From Acidimicrobiia bacterium (GTDB lineage: Bacteria > Actinomycetota > Acidimicrobiia > Spongiisociales > Spongiisociaceae): a DNA stretch of 56,982 nt. The notes beneath the pieces are model-generated. The model worked only from the letters and a program-made list of their open reading frames with translations, was not told the DNA's origin and did not search any database. This document shows positions 29,404 to 38,634 of this stretch, piece after piece. Numbering within the stretch: the stretch's first letter is position 1; the number at the start of each line of letters is the position of its first letter. The translations under genes and the position numbers were made by a program. The stretch is from the NCBI GenBank assembly GCA_041576165.1, contig JBFGLM010000031.1, positions 1 to 56,982 of the forward strand, written 5' to 3'.

Positions 29404-29927
29404 TCAGTCGCCCGCCGCGCTACCGATCTTGTGGGCGTAGAGCACGTCGAGCACCGACGGCGGATCGTTGGCGAGCGTCATCCCCGGCACCAACCTCCAT
29501 CCCCGGCGCCGAGTGTCGGGCCCGATGGTTGTCGTACAGGACCCACAGGTTGAATTCCACGAGGCTCAGCGCCGCGGCGCGGGCAAGGGCCGTGTCGTGC
29601 AGCCAGCTGCCAGCGCCTCGACCCCAACGATCGGGACGCACGTAGAGCTTGTCGAGGAGCCATCCCGCCGGGACGCCGGCGTCGGGCTGGAGTGCGACAC
29701 AACCGATAACCTCCCGACCGCGACCATGACCGACGCGGCCGGCTCGTCCAGCAGTTGCTGCCAGGCACCGAGCACCGTCTCGTTCATCGGTTGGGGCGCC
29801 GAGGCCGGAAAGATGCCCCGTAGGCCGCCCTCGCAGCTGCGGCGCGCAGGGCAGCTATGGCGGCCGCATCGGCGCCGGTGGCGCTTCGGATTCTCCAGGG
29901 CGACGAACGGTCTCCGGGCACACTCAA
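29404..29927 (-). pseudogene. GNAT acetyltransferase, broken by three frameshifts
   Basis: Joined frames read WRIRSATGADAAAIAAL...AAY / GIFPASAP...VMVAVG / VIGCVALQPD...LDKLYVRPDRWGRGAGSWL...LWVLYDNHRAR / RRRGWRLVPG...GD*. The TTG start overlaps the upstream TGA. Confidence 0.8.
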
Positions 29928-30652
29928 TGCCGCCGGCCTGTCACAACGTGGAGCCCAGTCGGCATCACCTCGGCGCCTAAAGTATGTCCCACCTCCGCCT
30001 CCACCCCGCATGCGCGAAGGATCGCCGGGATCGTCGACGAGTCGATCAGTACGTTGCCATGCGCCTCAACCGAACGCCGCCAGGTGCCGTCTTCGCCTTC
30101 GATGAACATCGTCATCAGCCGATCGAAGCGATCCGGCGACGGAGCGCAGTACTCGGTGATCAGCACCCAACCCTGTCCATACGAGACCTCGGTTGGCTGG
30201 TCGGCCCGGGCCCGGCCCCACTCGAGATCGCAGATGTCGAACACGACCACGCCGCCGGGGAGCAGAGCCTTGCCAATTGATTCGACCGCCCGGACGATCG
30301 ATCCCACATCGGGCAGATAGTTGAGCGGATGCCCGACGGCGACGATCGCATCGGCCGCCGGAATCGCATCGTCCGGCAGCCGCAGAGATTCGATTCCCTC
30401 CGCCCCGGCGACATGGGTCCGGGTCAGTTCCAGCATGGCCGGGGAGGCGTCGGTCGCCAGGACCCGGTGTCCGCCGTCGACCAGATGCTTTGTCAGCCGG
30501 CCGGTTCCGCACCCAAGTTCGACCACCAGACCGCCGCCATCGGCCACCGGACGCAACAGTTCGATCACCCCGGGAGCGCACCGGTCGGCGTGGAATCCGA
30601 AGCCCAGATGGTGCACCAATGCGAGATCCGGTCCGTAATAGCGCTCCTCCAT
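29924..30652 (-). CDS. Class I SAM-dependent methyltransferase
   Basis: VVELGCGTG, ATDASPAML, LLPGGVVVFD. Start re-called to ATG 30652. Confidence 0.88.
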   Translation of the reverse strand: MEERYYGPDLALVHHLGFGFHADRCAPGVIELLRPVADGGGLVVELGCGTGRLTKHLVDGGHRVLATDASPAMLELTRTHVAGAEGIESLRLPDDAIPAADAIVAVGHPLNYLPDVGSIVRAVESIGKALLPGGVVVFDICDLEWGRARADQPTEVSYGQGWVLITEYCAPSPDRFDRLMTMFIEGEDGTWRRSVEAHGNVLIDSSTIPAILRACGVEAEVGHTLGAEVMPTGLHVVTGRRH

Positions 30653-30784
30653 CTTGCGATTGTCCCACGCCTGCCACCGGCTTCCGTACGTGGCATATGC
30701 CGCGTGGTCGGTCCCGGTTGACCCCGCCGCGTGGACGTGAATACCGTGCATCGCGGAAGGAAGCTGCCGATAGGAGGCGACCAG

Positions 30785-31720
30785 ATGCGACCGCCCGGAA
30801 AGGTGATCCTCACCTGTGCCACCAGCGGCAGTGCCCACACTCCAACGATGAACACCGACATCCCGGTCACGCCCGAGGAGATGATCGAGGATGCGTTGGC
30901 GGCTGCCGGCGCCGGCGCAGGCGTCATCCATCTGCACGCCCGCGATCCCGAGGACGGGCGGCCCTCGGCCGATCCGGGCCTGTTCCGGGAGTACTGCGCA
31001 GCTATCAAGGAGCGGTCGGATGTCGTCATCTCGATAACGACCGGAGGCGCATCCGATCAAACCGTCGAAGAGCGCCTGCGGGTCATCAAAGAGCTGAAGC
31101 CCGAGCTGGCGACGTGCAACCTGGGCACGATGAACTACGGGCTATTCCAAATGATCCCCAAATATGAAGGCCGCTGGAAGTACGACTGGGAAGAGCCCTA
31201 TCTCGAGTCGACCCGGGACACTCCCTTCGTGAGCCGCTTCTCGGACATTGAGTACATGCTCAAGGTGCTCGCCGCCGAGACGGGTTGCCGGTTCGAGTTC
31301 GAGGCGTACGACGTCGGCCACCTCTACACCCTCGCCTTCTACGCCGATCAGGGTCTGGTGCCAACACCGATCTTCATGCAGTTCGTCATCGGCACCCTGG
31401 GCGGGATCGGCCCTGACGTCGAGAACGTTTTCCACATGAAGGAAGCCGCCGTTCGCCTCTTCGGGAACGATATCGAATGGGGTGTGCTCGGCGGCGGCCG
31501 CGCCCAGTTCGACCTGGTGACCGCCGCCGCGACCATGGGGGGCAACGTCCGGGTGGGGTTGGAAGACTCGATCTACCTCCGCAAGGGAAAGCTGGCGACC
31601 AACACGGAACAAGTCGAGAAGATCGTTCGAATCCTCGATGAACTGTCCCGCGAGCCCATGTCGGCGGCCGAGACTCGCGAGACATTGGGCCTCAAGGGCC
31701 TCGACCAGGTCAACTTCTAG
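30785..31720 (+). CDS. Beta-keto acid cleavage enzyme (BKACE/DUF849, Kce-like)
   Basis: ILTCA...HTPTM, IHLHARDP, EFEAYDVGHL, GGNVRVGLED. AGGAGG RBS. Confidence 0.92.
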   Translation: MRPPGKVILTCATSGSAHTPTMNTDIPVTPEEMIEDALAAAGAGAGVIHLHARDPEDGRPSADPGLFREYCAAIKERSDVVISITTGGASDQTVEERLRVIKELKPELATCNLGTMNYGLFQMIPKYEGRWKYDWEEPYLESTRDTPFVSRFSDIEYMLKVLAAETGCRFEFEAYDVGHLYTLAFYADQGLVPTPIFMQFVIGTLGGIGPDVENVFHMKEAAVRLFGNDIEWGVLGGGRAQFDLVTAAATMGGNVRVGLEDSIYLRKGKLATNTEQVEKIVRILDELSREPMSAAETRETLGLKGLDQVNF

Positions 31721-31735
31721 ATGGAACGGGTCTGA

Positions 31736-33217
31736 ATGGACCTCGTTCTCGACGGACCGTTCGGTGTCGTAGGGGGCGGAGTCATCGGCTCGGGCTGGGC
31801 CACCCGTGCGCTCGCCCGGGGTTACGAGGTAGTGGCGTTCGATCCGGCGCCGGACGCCGAAGCACGGATGCTGGCCGCCATCGAACGAGCCTGGGTCTCG
31901 GTCCGAAAACTGGGCCTGCACACGGGTGCGGATCCACACCGGATCACGTTCGTCGGTTCGGCTCAGGCGGTGGCGTCACGATCTTCATTCGTCCAGGAGT
32001 CTGTGCCAGAGGTCGTAGATCTGAAACGGGAAGTGCTGGCGGCGCTGGACGCCGCCGCCGGGCCGGACACGATCATCGCGTCCTCGACCTCCGGCATCCG
32101 GCCCACTGAGCTCCAGGGCGCTATGGCGCAGCCGGAACGGCTGATAGTCGGGCATCCTTTCAACCCGGTCTACTTGCTGCCGCTGGTAGAAGTGGTCGGC
32201 GGGGAGGCCACCACCCCAGCGGCACTCGCCCAAGCCGAGGCCGTGTACGAGGACCTGGACATGTATCCGCTGCGGGTGCGCAACGAGATCGACGGATTCC
32301 TCTCGGACCGCCTGCAGGAGGCCATGTGGCGCGAGATCCTCCACCTGGTGGCGGACGGCGTGGCCACCACCGGCGAGCTGGACGATGCGATCGTCTACGG
32401 CCCGGGCCTGCGATGGGCCATCATGGGGACCAACCTCAACTTCCATCTAGCCGGTGGGGATGGAGGCATGCGGCAGATGCTCGAGCAATTCGGTCCGGCA
32501 CTCGAGTGGCCCTGGACCAAGCTGGCCGCTCCCCCGCTCACAGACGAGCTCATCGACCGCATGGTGACCGGCACGGAGGCCCAGTCGGAGGGCCGCACGG
32601 TGGCCCAACTGGAACGGCTGCGAGACGATGCCTTGGTGGCGATCATGTATGCGCTGCGGGAAAGCCAGCTCGGGGCCGGTCAGATCGTCAGCCGCCGCGG
32701 GCGCCGGTCGGCCGGCCGCAGCACACCCGCTAGATGGGTTCCAGGCGCCGACGTCCCAATGCCGCTTTCCGTCTATCAATGCCGGGTTGAGCCGGATTGG
32801 GTCGATGCCACCGGCCGCATGACGGCGGAGGCCGCCGCACGCGCGTTCGCGCGGGCGGGCGATGCCCTGCTCCGCTACGTCGGTGTCGACGAGGAGTACC
32901 GGGCGGCGGGTTATTACTTCCGCGTCGCGGAAAGCCACCTTGTGTTCCACCGGGAGCCTGCCACCGGTGCGCCGCTCAGGTTCACTACCCAGCTGCTCGG
33001 GCATGATCGCCGGCGGCTCCATGTCTTCCATTCGATGCATCACGGGGATTCCGGCGAGCGGCTGGGCTCCAATGAGCAACTCTTCGTGCATGCGGACGCG
33101 GCCACCGGCCGCAGTCATCCCACACTCGAGGGACCGCGGCGCGTCCTCGACCAGATATGGCAGGCGCACGGTCCGGCCCCGCGGCCCGGGCGGGCGGTAA
33201 TCACAATGACAAGGTGA
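31736..33217 (+). CDS. lcdH: L-carnitine 3-dehydrogenase-like enzyme fused to a C-terminal hotdog thioesterase domain
   Basis: GVVGGGVIGSGWATRALARG, QESVPE, SSTSG, GHPFNPVYLLPLVE, DRLQEAMWRE.LHL, GPGLRWA.MG. The C-terminus V.PDWVD...ESHL.F.RE...RLHVFH is thioesterase-like. Confidence 0.82.
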   Translation: MDLVLDGPFGVVGGGVIGSGWATRALARGYEVVAFDPAPDAEARMLAAIERAWVSVRKLGLHTGADPHRITFVGSAQAVASRSSFVQESVPEVVDLKREVLAALDAAAGPDTIIASSTSGIRPTELQGAMAQPERLIVGHPFNPVYLLPLVEVVGGEATTPAALAQAEAVYEDLDMYPLRVRNEIDGFLSDRLQEAMWREILHLVADGVATTGELDDAIVYGPGLRWAIMGTNLNFHLAGGDGGMRQMLEQFGPALEWPWTKLAAPPLTDELIDRMVTGTEAQSEGRTVAQLERLRDDALVAIMYALRESQLGAGQIVSRRGRRSAGRSTPARWVPGADVPMPLSVYQCRVEPDWVDATGRMTAEAAARAFARAGDALLRYVGVDEEYRAAGYYFRVAESHLVFHREPATGAPLRFTTQLLGHDRRRLHVFHSMHHGDSGERLGSNEQLFVHADAATGRSHPTLEGPRRVLDQIWQAHGPAPRPGRAVITMTR

Positions 33218-33222
33218 CAATC

Positions 33223-34383
33223 ATGGATTTCAGCGTCAGTGACGAACAGCAGCTCATCGTCGGCACCGTCCGCTCGTTTGTCGAAAAGGAGCTGATGCCC
33301 CACGAGGACGAGCTCGAGCGGACCGGCGAGGTGGCGCCGGAACTGGCGGATGAGATTCGCGAGAAGTCGCTCCGAGCCGGAATCTACGCGGCCAACATGC
33401 CGGCAGAACTCGGTGGAGGCGGACTCGACAACCTGACACTGGCCATGGTTGAGCGCGAGTTCGGCAAGACATCGTACGGGTTGCAGTATGTCGTGGCGCG
33501 CCCCTCCAACATCCTCCGCGCGTGCGCCGGGAACCAGATAAAGGAATACCTGCTGCCGACCATCCGCGGTGAGCGCGTCGAGTGCCTGGCCATGAGCGAA
33601 CCCGACGCCGGGTCCGACCTCCGGGGAATGAAGTGCCGGGCGGTGCGCAACGGTGACGAGTTCGTCATCACCGGCACCAAGCACTTCATAAGTCATGCTG
33701 ATATCTCCGATTTCGTCATCCTGTTCGCGGCAAGCGGGGAGGAACAGACACCGCGGGGACCGCGCAAGAAGATCACCGCATTCCTCGTAGACATGGGCAC
33801 GCCCGGATTTGAGGTGCAGCGGGGATACAACTCTGTGTCGCACCGCGGATATCACAATTGCATCCTCAGCTTCGACGAATGCCGCGTTCCGGCCGCCAAC
33901 ATCCTTGGCGACGAACATCGGGGCTTCGACGTCGCCAACGAGTGGCTCGGCTCAACCCGGCTCCAGGTGGCCGCCACCTGTCTGGGCCGGGCCGATCGTG
34001 CAATCGCGATATCCACCGAGTGGGCGGCGCGCCGGGAGCAATTCGGCCAGAAGATCGGCAAGTTCCAAGGCGTGTCGTTCAAGCTAGCCGACATGGCCAC
34101 CCAACTGGCCGCGGCGGAACTGCTCACCTACCGGGCAGCCTGGAAGGTCGATCAGGGAACGATGACCGACACCGATGCGGCCATGGCCAAGCTGGTGGCA
34201 TCGGAAATGCTGGCCTTCGTGACGGACGAGGCGATCCAGATACTCGGCGGCATGGGTTTGATGGACGAACTTCCGCTGGAGCGCATGTGGCGAGATGCCC
34301 GGGTCGAGCGCATCTGGGACGGGACCTCGGAGATCCAGCGCCACATCATCTCGCGAGCGATGCTGCGACCGCATGGCGGCTGA
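33223..34383 (+). CDS. Acyl-CoA dehydrogenase (possible gamma-butyrobetainyl-CoA dehydrogenase)
   Basis: CLAMSEPDAGSD, ITGTKHFISHA, REQFGQKIGKFQ, QILGGMG, RIWDGTSEIQR. Confidence 0.92.
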   Translation: MDFSVSDEQQLIVGTVRSFVEKELMPHEDELERTGEVAPELADEIREKSLRAGIYAANMPAELGGGGLDNLTLAMVEREFGKTSYGLQYVVARPSNILRACAGNQIKEYLLPTIRGERVECLAMSEPDAGSDLRGMKCRAVRNGDEFVITGTKHFISHADISDFVILFAASGEEQTPRGPRKKITAFLVDMGTPGFEVQRGYNSVSHRGYHNCILSFDECRVPAANILGDEHRGFDVANEWLGSTRLQVAATCLGRADRAIAISTEWAARREQFGQKIGKFQGVSFKLADMATQLAAAELLTYRAAWKVDQGTMTDTDAAMAKLVASEMLAFVTDEAIQILGGMGLMDELPLERMWRDARVERIWDGTSEIQRHIISRAMLRPHGG

Positions 34384-36385
34384 GCAACTCCGCCGGCTGC
34401 TAGATCCCCGGTCGATCGCGTTCGTCGGCGGGCGCCGGGCACTGCTGGCAATCGAGCAATGCCGCCGCCTCGGCTACGACGGTGACATCTGGCTTGTGAA
34501 TCCGACCGTCGCCGAGCTGGCTGGGCTCGGCGCCTACGCCGCGCTCGAGGCGCTGCCGGCCGTTCCCGATGCCGTGTTCATTGGGGTGGACGCCGCAAAG
34601 GCGATCGAGGCCGTCGCGGCAGCGGCGCGGGCGGGCGCCGGCGGCGCCGTTGTCTATGCCGCAGGATTCGCCGAAGCCGGACCGGACGGAGCCGCTCTCC
34701 AGAACCGTCTGATCGAAGCGGCCGGGCGCATGCCGGTGATCGGGCCCAATTGCCATGGATTGGTGAACGCTATCTCGGGTGCGGCCCTCTGGCCCGACGT
34801 CCAGGGTTGTGGTCGGGTCGAGCGCGGGGTGGCAATCGTCACCCAGTCGGGAAACCTCGCAATCGATCTCACGATGCAACAGCGGGGATTGCCGATAGCC
34901 TACGTCGTCACGCTCGGCAACCAGGCCCTCGTGTCCATCGCCGACTGCGTCCGAGCCGTCGCCGCCGACGAGCGCGTCACGGCGATCGGCCTGCACATCG
35001 AGGGCATCGACGACTCGACCGCCTTTGCCACTTCCGCCCTGGCCGCGCTGGATCGAAGCGTCCCGCTGGTGGCCCTCAAGACCGGCGCCACCGACGCCGG
35101 CGCGGCCATCACCAGCACCCACACTGCGTCGCTGGCCGGCCCCGCGCCTGCGCATGAAGCTCTGTTCCGCCGCTACGGGATCGCCCAGGTGGAGACCGCC
35201 GAGGATCTGCTGGGCACCCTGTCGGTGCTGCACCATCACGGTCGCCTGCCGGGCACCCGACTCGTGTCGCTGTCGTGCTCCGGCGGCGAGGCATCCTTGA
35301 TGGCAGACCTTGCTCCACCGCGGGGCGTGAGCTTCCCGCCCTTTGATGAGCAGACAGCTCGTCACCTGACCGAACTGCTCGACCATCGCGTGTCGGTAGC
35401 CAACCCCCTCGACTATCACACCTTCATCTGGGGTGACCAGCCTCGTTTGACCGACGTCTTCACCGCGGCGCTGGGATCAGGAGTGGACGCCGCGATTCTC
35501 GTGATCGATTTCCCGGCCGCGGAGCTCGACGACTCAGACTGGTGGCCCACGGTGAACGCGTTCGCTGATGCCAGCAAGCGATCAGGGGTTCCCGGCCTTG
35601 TGACCTCGACCCTGCCCGAGAACCTCCCCGCCCCCGTCTGTGTCGGGTTGCGCGCCACCGGGCTCGCCCCGATCCCGGGCGTGGCGGCCTGTCTGGCCGC
35701 GACGGCCGCGGCGGCGACGCCGGAGCCGTCCCGGCGCGAGCTGCATCGGGTCCCGGCCAACGCGGGGTCCGGGGTGCTGCTGGACGAGGCTGCCGCCAAG
35801 CAGTTCCTCGCCAAGGCAGGTTTGCCGGTGCCGCCCGGCACCGCCACTGAGGTGGCAGCTGCCCCCCGCACGGCACGCGAGATCGGCTTCCCGGTCGTGA
35901 TCAAGTCGCTCGCGGTTGCCCACCGCTCCGACGTTGGCGGTGTTGTTGTCGGCTTGGAAGATGAGGAGGCCGTGGCGGCCGCGGCGGAATCGATGCGGCG
36001 GCTGGGCACGGCCGTATTGGTCGAGCGCCACGTCACCGGGACGGTGGCCGAGCTGCTGGTCGGCGTTCAGAACGACGCCCCTGTGGGCTGGACTTTGACC
36101 GTGGGCGCCGGCGGCGTGCTGGCCGAGTTGCTCGACGATACGGCCACCCTGTTGCTGCCGTCGCCGGACACCGAGATCGAGGATGCGCTCAGAAGTCTCC
36201 GGATGTGGCCGCTGCTCGCCGGCCACCGGGCACGCCCGCCGGGCGCGGTGGGTGCCGCGATCGCCGCCATCACCCGGGTGTGTGAGCTGGCAGTCGAGAC
36301 CAGTCGCGAGATCGAAGTGAACCCGCTTCTGGTGGGCCGCGACGAAGTGTGGATTGCCGACGCCCTGATCCAGGAGCTGGTGTGA
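34373..36385 (+). CDS. NDP-forming acyl-CoA synthetase (fused alpha/beta, acetate-CoA ligase family)
   Basis: LLDPRSIAFVGG, AAGFAE, IGPNC, TQSGN, phospho-His motif STHTASLAG, ANPLD, ATP-grasp FPVVIK...HRSDVGGV and EIEVNPL. Confidence 0.9.
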   Translation: MAAEQLRRLLDPRSIAFVGGRRALLAIEQCRRLGYDGDIWLVNPTVAELAGLGAYAALEALPAVPDAVFIGVDAAKAIEAVAAAARAGAGGAVVYAAGFAEAGPDGAALQNRLIEAAGRMPVIGPNCHGLVNAISGAALWPDVQGCGRVERGVAIVTQSGNLAIDLTMQQRGLPIAYVVTLGNQALVSIADCVRAVAADERVTAIGLHIEGIDDSTAFATSALAALDRSVPLVALKTGATDAGAAITSTHTASLAGPAPAHEALFRRYGIAQVETAEDLLGTLSVLHHHGRLPGTRLVSLSCSGGEASLMADLAPPRGVSFPPFDEQTARHLTELLDHRVSVANPLDYHTFIWGDQPRLTDVFTAALGSGVDAAILVIDFPAAELDDSDWWPTVNAFADASKRSGVPGLVTSTLPENLPAPVCVGLRATGLAPIPGVAACLAATAAAATPEPSRRELHRVPANAGSGVLLDEAAAKQFLAKAGLPVPPGTATEVAAAPRTAREIGFPVVIKSLAVAHRSDVGGVVVGLEDEEAVAAAAESMRRLGTAVLVERHVTGTVAELLVGVQNDAPVGWTLTVGAGGVLAELLDDTATLLLPSPDTEIEDALRSLRMWPLLAGHRARPPGAVGAAIAAITRVCELAVETSREIEVNPLLVGRDEVWIADALIQELV

Positions 36386-36622
36386 ACGAGAGCGAACCGA
36401 TCGCGCGGCGTTCGCCAACACCACGATCCAAGAGGCCGGCCCAGCTGTGCCCATCGCTGAAACATGTGACCTCGAGACAGATGTCGGGTAGAAGTGGGTG
36501 CCGGCCGACAATATCGCGCTCATCAAATCCGCCGGACGGACTTCGGAGGAGTGCTGCGCGTGCTCCAAGGCTCGTGGCGCGACGATTTCAATGGCGAGGT
36601 CGGCACGAGCCGCGTGGTTGGA

Positions 36623-37131
36623 TCAGGTCGATGCGCTCCGCTCGAAGACCGTCCGGTACGAGATGACGAGGGCTGCCGACCAGGCGAACAGGTAGGTGTA
36701 GATGATCGTCCACGCCACGTCCTCGAACGTCCTCGCACCCGGTATGACTTCTTCTGCCAGAGCGTGGGACATCCAGGGTTGGCCAGCACGACCACAAGCG
36801 TGCCGCCAACCCCAAGCGCGGCCAGCACCGTCAACCGAGGGTTGCCCATTCGCGGAGCAGCGTCCGGGCGATCACGATGAGCATGCCGGCGGCCACGACG
36901 GTGTAAACGCCTGCCATGAAGACGTGAAGACGGACGTGGTCGCCGGAGAAGAACGTACTGGGCTCCGGACACCGGAACCCCGTGGAACAGATCGTGGCGA
37001 ATACTGCGTGTTCCAGGGCGAAGATCACCGCTCCGAGGATGACGAGCCGCGAAGCGGCCTCCAGCGAACCGGCAGGTGGCGACGATCCAGACGACGACGG
37101 CCGCAGGCAACAAGCCCACGACAGAATGCAT
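36623..37131 (-). pseudogene. Multi-pass membrane protein, broken by about three frameshifts
   Basis: Consecutive hydrophobic segments lie in alternating frames: MHSVVGLLPAAVVVWIVA / SRLVILGAVIFALEH...HVRLHVFMAGVYTVVAAGMLIVIARTLLRE / LTVLAALGVGGTLVVVLA / VAWTIIYTYLFAWSAALVISYRTVFERSAST*. Confidence 0.6.
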
Positions 37132-37294
37132 CGCTACCGGCCTGGCTACGAGGTCGCCACAGCTCCCCTCGGATCGGCCTGGTACGCCTCGACAATCGTA
37201 CGCACGCCGGACGACCCTGTGGGAGGGATCAGATCCCCATCTGGGCCCCGAGGGGCCCGAGCGGCAGCTCGGACCTCCAAGGAACCGCCACCCG

Positions 37295-38020
37295 TCACTC
37301 CGACAGCACAGACAGCACGGTTTCGAGGTCGGCGGCGGTTTCGATCCGATGGGTGGTCCCACCGTCGGTCCAGACCAAGACGTTGGCGGCCAGCCGCAGC
37401 GTCTCGATCGCAGGCACCCCGGGTGCCTCCTCCACGACGTAGTCGTGCGGTGCGCCCGAAATCCACCATCCCGGAATGCCGTTCACCATCACCGACTGCA
37501 CCTCTGTGTCGGGGCCGACGGACTTGACGATCGCTACCCCATCGCCGAGGAAATGGCTGGTGAGGAGCCCCACTCCGGTCTCGCCCACGGCGGGGAAGCG
37601 GTCATCCGGTTCCCAGACCAGCGACAGCATCCCGCCCGGGACCGAATCGTCGAGGTACACCCCGTCCGGCGGACGTCCCAGGTTGGCGACAAAGAACTCC
37701 GCGTCGGTCCGGCCGCCGGCGTCAGCGAGCGAGATGTGCTCACCCAGCTCGAGCGTGCGGCCCGGATCGGCAGTAGTTTCTTCGACCTGCCGGATTGTGA
37801 TGCCCAGCAGCGACAGAGCATCTGCCATCTTGTCGCGAACCGGAGCAATCGACAGGGAAACGCCGACGACCACCACCGCCACTGCCGCAGCTTTCCAGCC
37901 GCCCAACGTGCGGCGGGCGGGCCCGCCCAAACGTCCCCGAACTGCACCGGCGATCCCGGCTTCGTCGGGCCAGTCGATGTCGCCGGCGAGGGTGCGCAGT
38001 TGTTGCTCGAGATCATGCAT
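37295..38020 (-). CDS. Putative membrane-anchored anti-sigma factor
   Basis: Overlaps the sigma gene stop. Short N-terminal helix DLEQQLRTLA..IDWP, one TM segment, and an extracellular domain ending LVWTDGGTTHRIE. Confidence 0.7.
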   Translation of the reverse strand: MHDLEQQLRTLAGDIDWPDEAGIAGAVRGRLGGPARRTLGGWKAAAVAVVVVGVSLSIAPVRDKMADALSLLGITIRQVEETTADPGRTLELGEHISLADAGGRTDAEFFVANLGRPPDGVYLDDSVPGGMLSLVWEPDDRFPAVGETGVGLLTSHFLGDGVAIVKSVGPDTEVQSVMVNGIPGWWISGAPHDYVVEEAPGVPAIETLRLAANVLVWTDGGTTHRIETAADLETVLSVLSE

Positions 38021-38561
38021 CTGGGATTCCCCTCGTCTCGGCGGGCAGCACGGCTCGCAAATGGTCTATCGCCCGCGACGTCCGAGATTTCACGGTCCCG
38101 CGGGGGATGCCGAGGGTCTGGGCCGTTTCATCCTCGGACAGTTCCATCAGAAATCGGTGCGTGAGCACCTCCCGATATGGGTCCGGAAGCTGCTCTAGTG
38201 CCGTCAGCAGATGCTCCGATTGCACCCGACGCGCGGCGGCTTCGGCGGGGTCGTGATCGTGGTTCGGCTGAAAGGATTTGAGCGCGAGTCGGCCCTGACG
38301 TTCACGATGCCGCACCCGATTCACCGCCTCGTTGCGAACGATTCGCAGCAGCCAAGGTCGGAATGCCCGTCCATCCTCGAACCTCTCCAATGCTTGATAT
38401 GCCTTCACAAACGCATCCTGGGCGACGTCCTGGGCCTCGGCGTGATCGCGCGTGACGAGGTAGGCCACCCGCACGGCCACGCGCTGGTACCGGCGTACGA
38501 GTTCGTCGTACGCCTGTGGATCCCGCCGCCGGGATCTACGGATCAGCTCCGACTCGTGCAG
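38013..38561 (-). CDS. ECF RNA polymerase sigma factor
   Basis: Region 2 AYDELVRRYQ...AQDVAQDAFVKAY...FRPWLLRIVRN and region 4 LPDPYREVL...ETAQTLGIPRGTVKSR.SRA. The likely start is CTG 38561; the ORF track starts at GTG 38480. Confidence 0.93.
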   Translation of the reverse strand: MHESELIRRSRRRDPQAYDELVRRYQRVAVRVAYLVTRDHAEAQDVAQDAFVKAYQALERFEDGRAFRPWLLRIVRNEAVNRVRHRERQGRLALKSFQPNHDHDPAEAAARRVQSEHLLTALEQLPDPYREVLTHRFLMELSEDETAQTLGIPRGTVKSRTSRAIDHLRAVLPAETRGIPDA

Positions 38562-38580
38562 AGGTTCACCTCACGTTTCC

Positions 38581-38634
38581 TACACCGTAGAAGCCGCTGG
38601 GGTTCCCGGGAACCTCCGAACGCCGGGGGGCGTA
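38581..38634. promoter_or_regulatory. Two divergent ECF-type promoters sharing a palindromic pair of -35 elements
   Basis: GGTTCCCGGGAACC (38601-38614). Plus strand: GGAACC-N16-CGTA (38609-38634). Minus strand: GGAACC-N16-TGTA (38606-38581). Confidence 0.7.

Noticed and set aside
36386-36622. Possible small RNA or small gene between the CoA ligase and the membrane pseudogene
   Set aside because: Only weak hairpins and short ORFs without an RBS or motifs; nothing supportable by eye.
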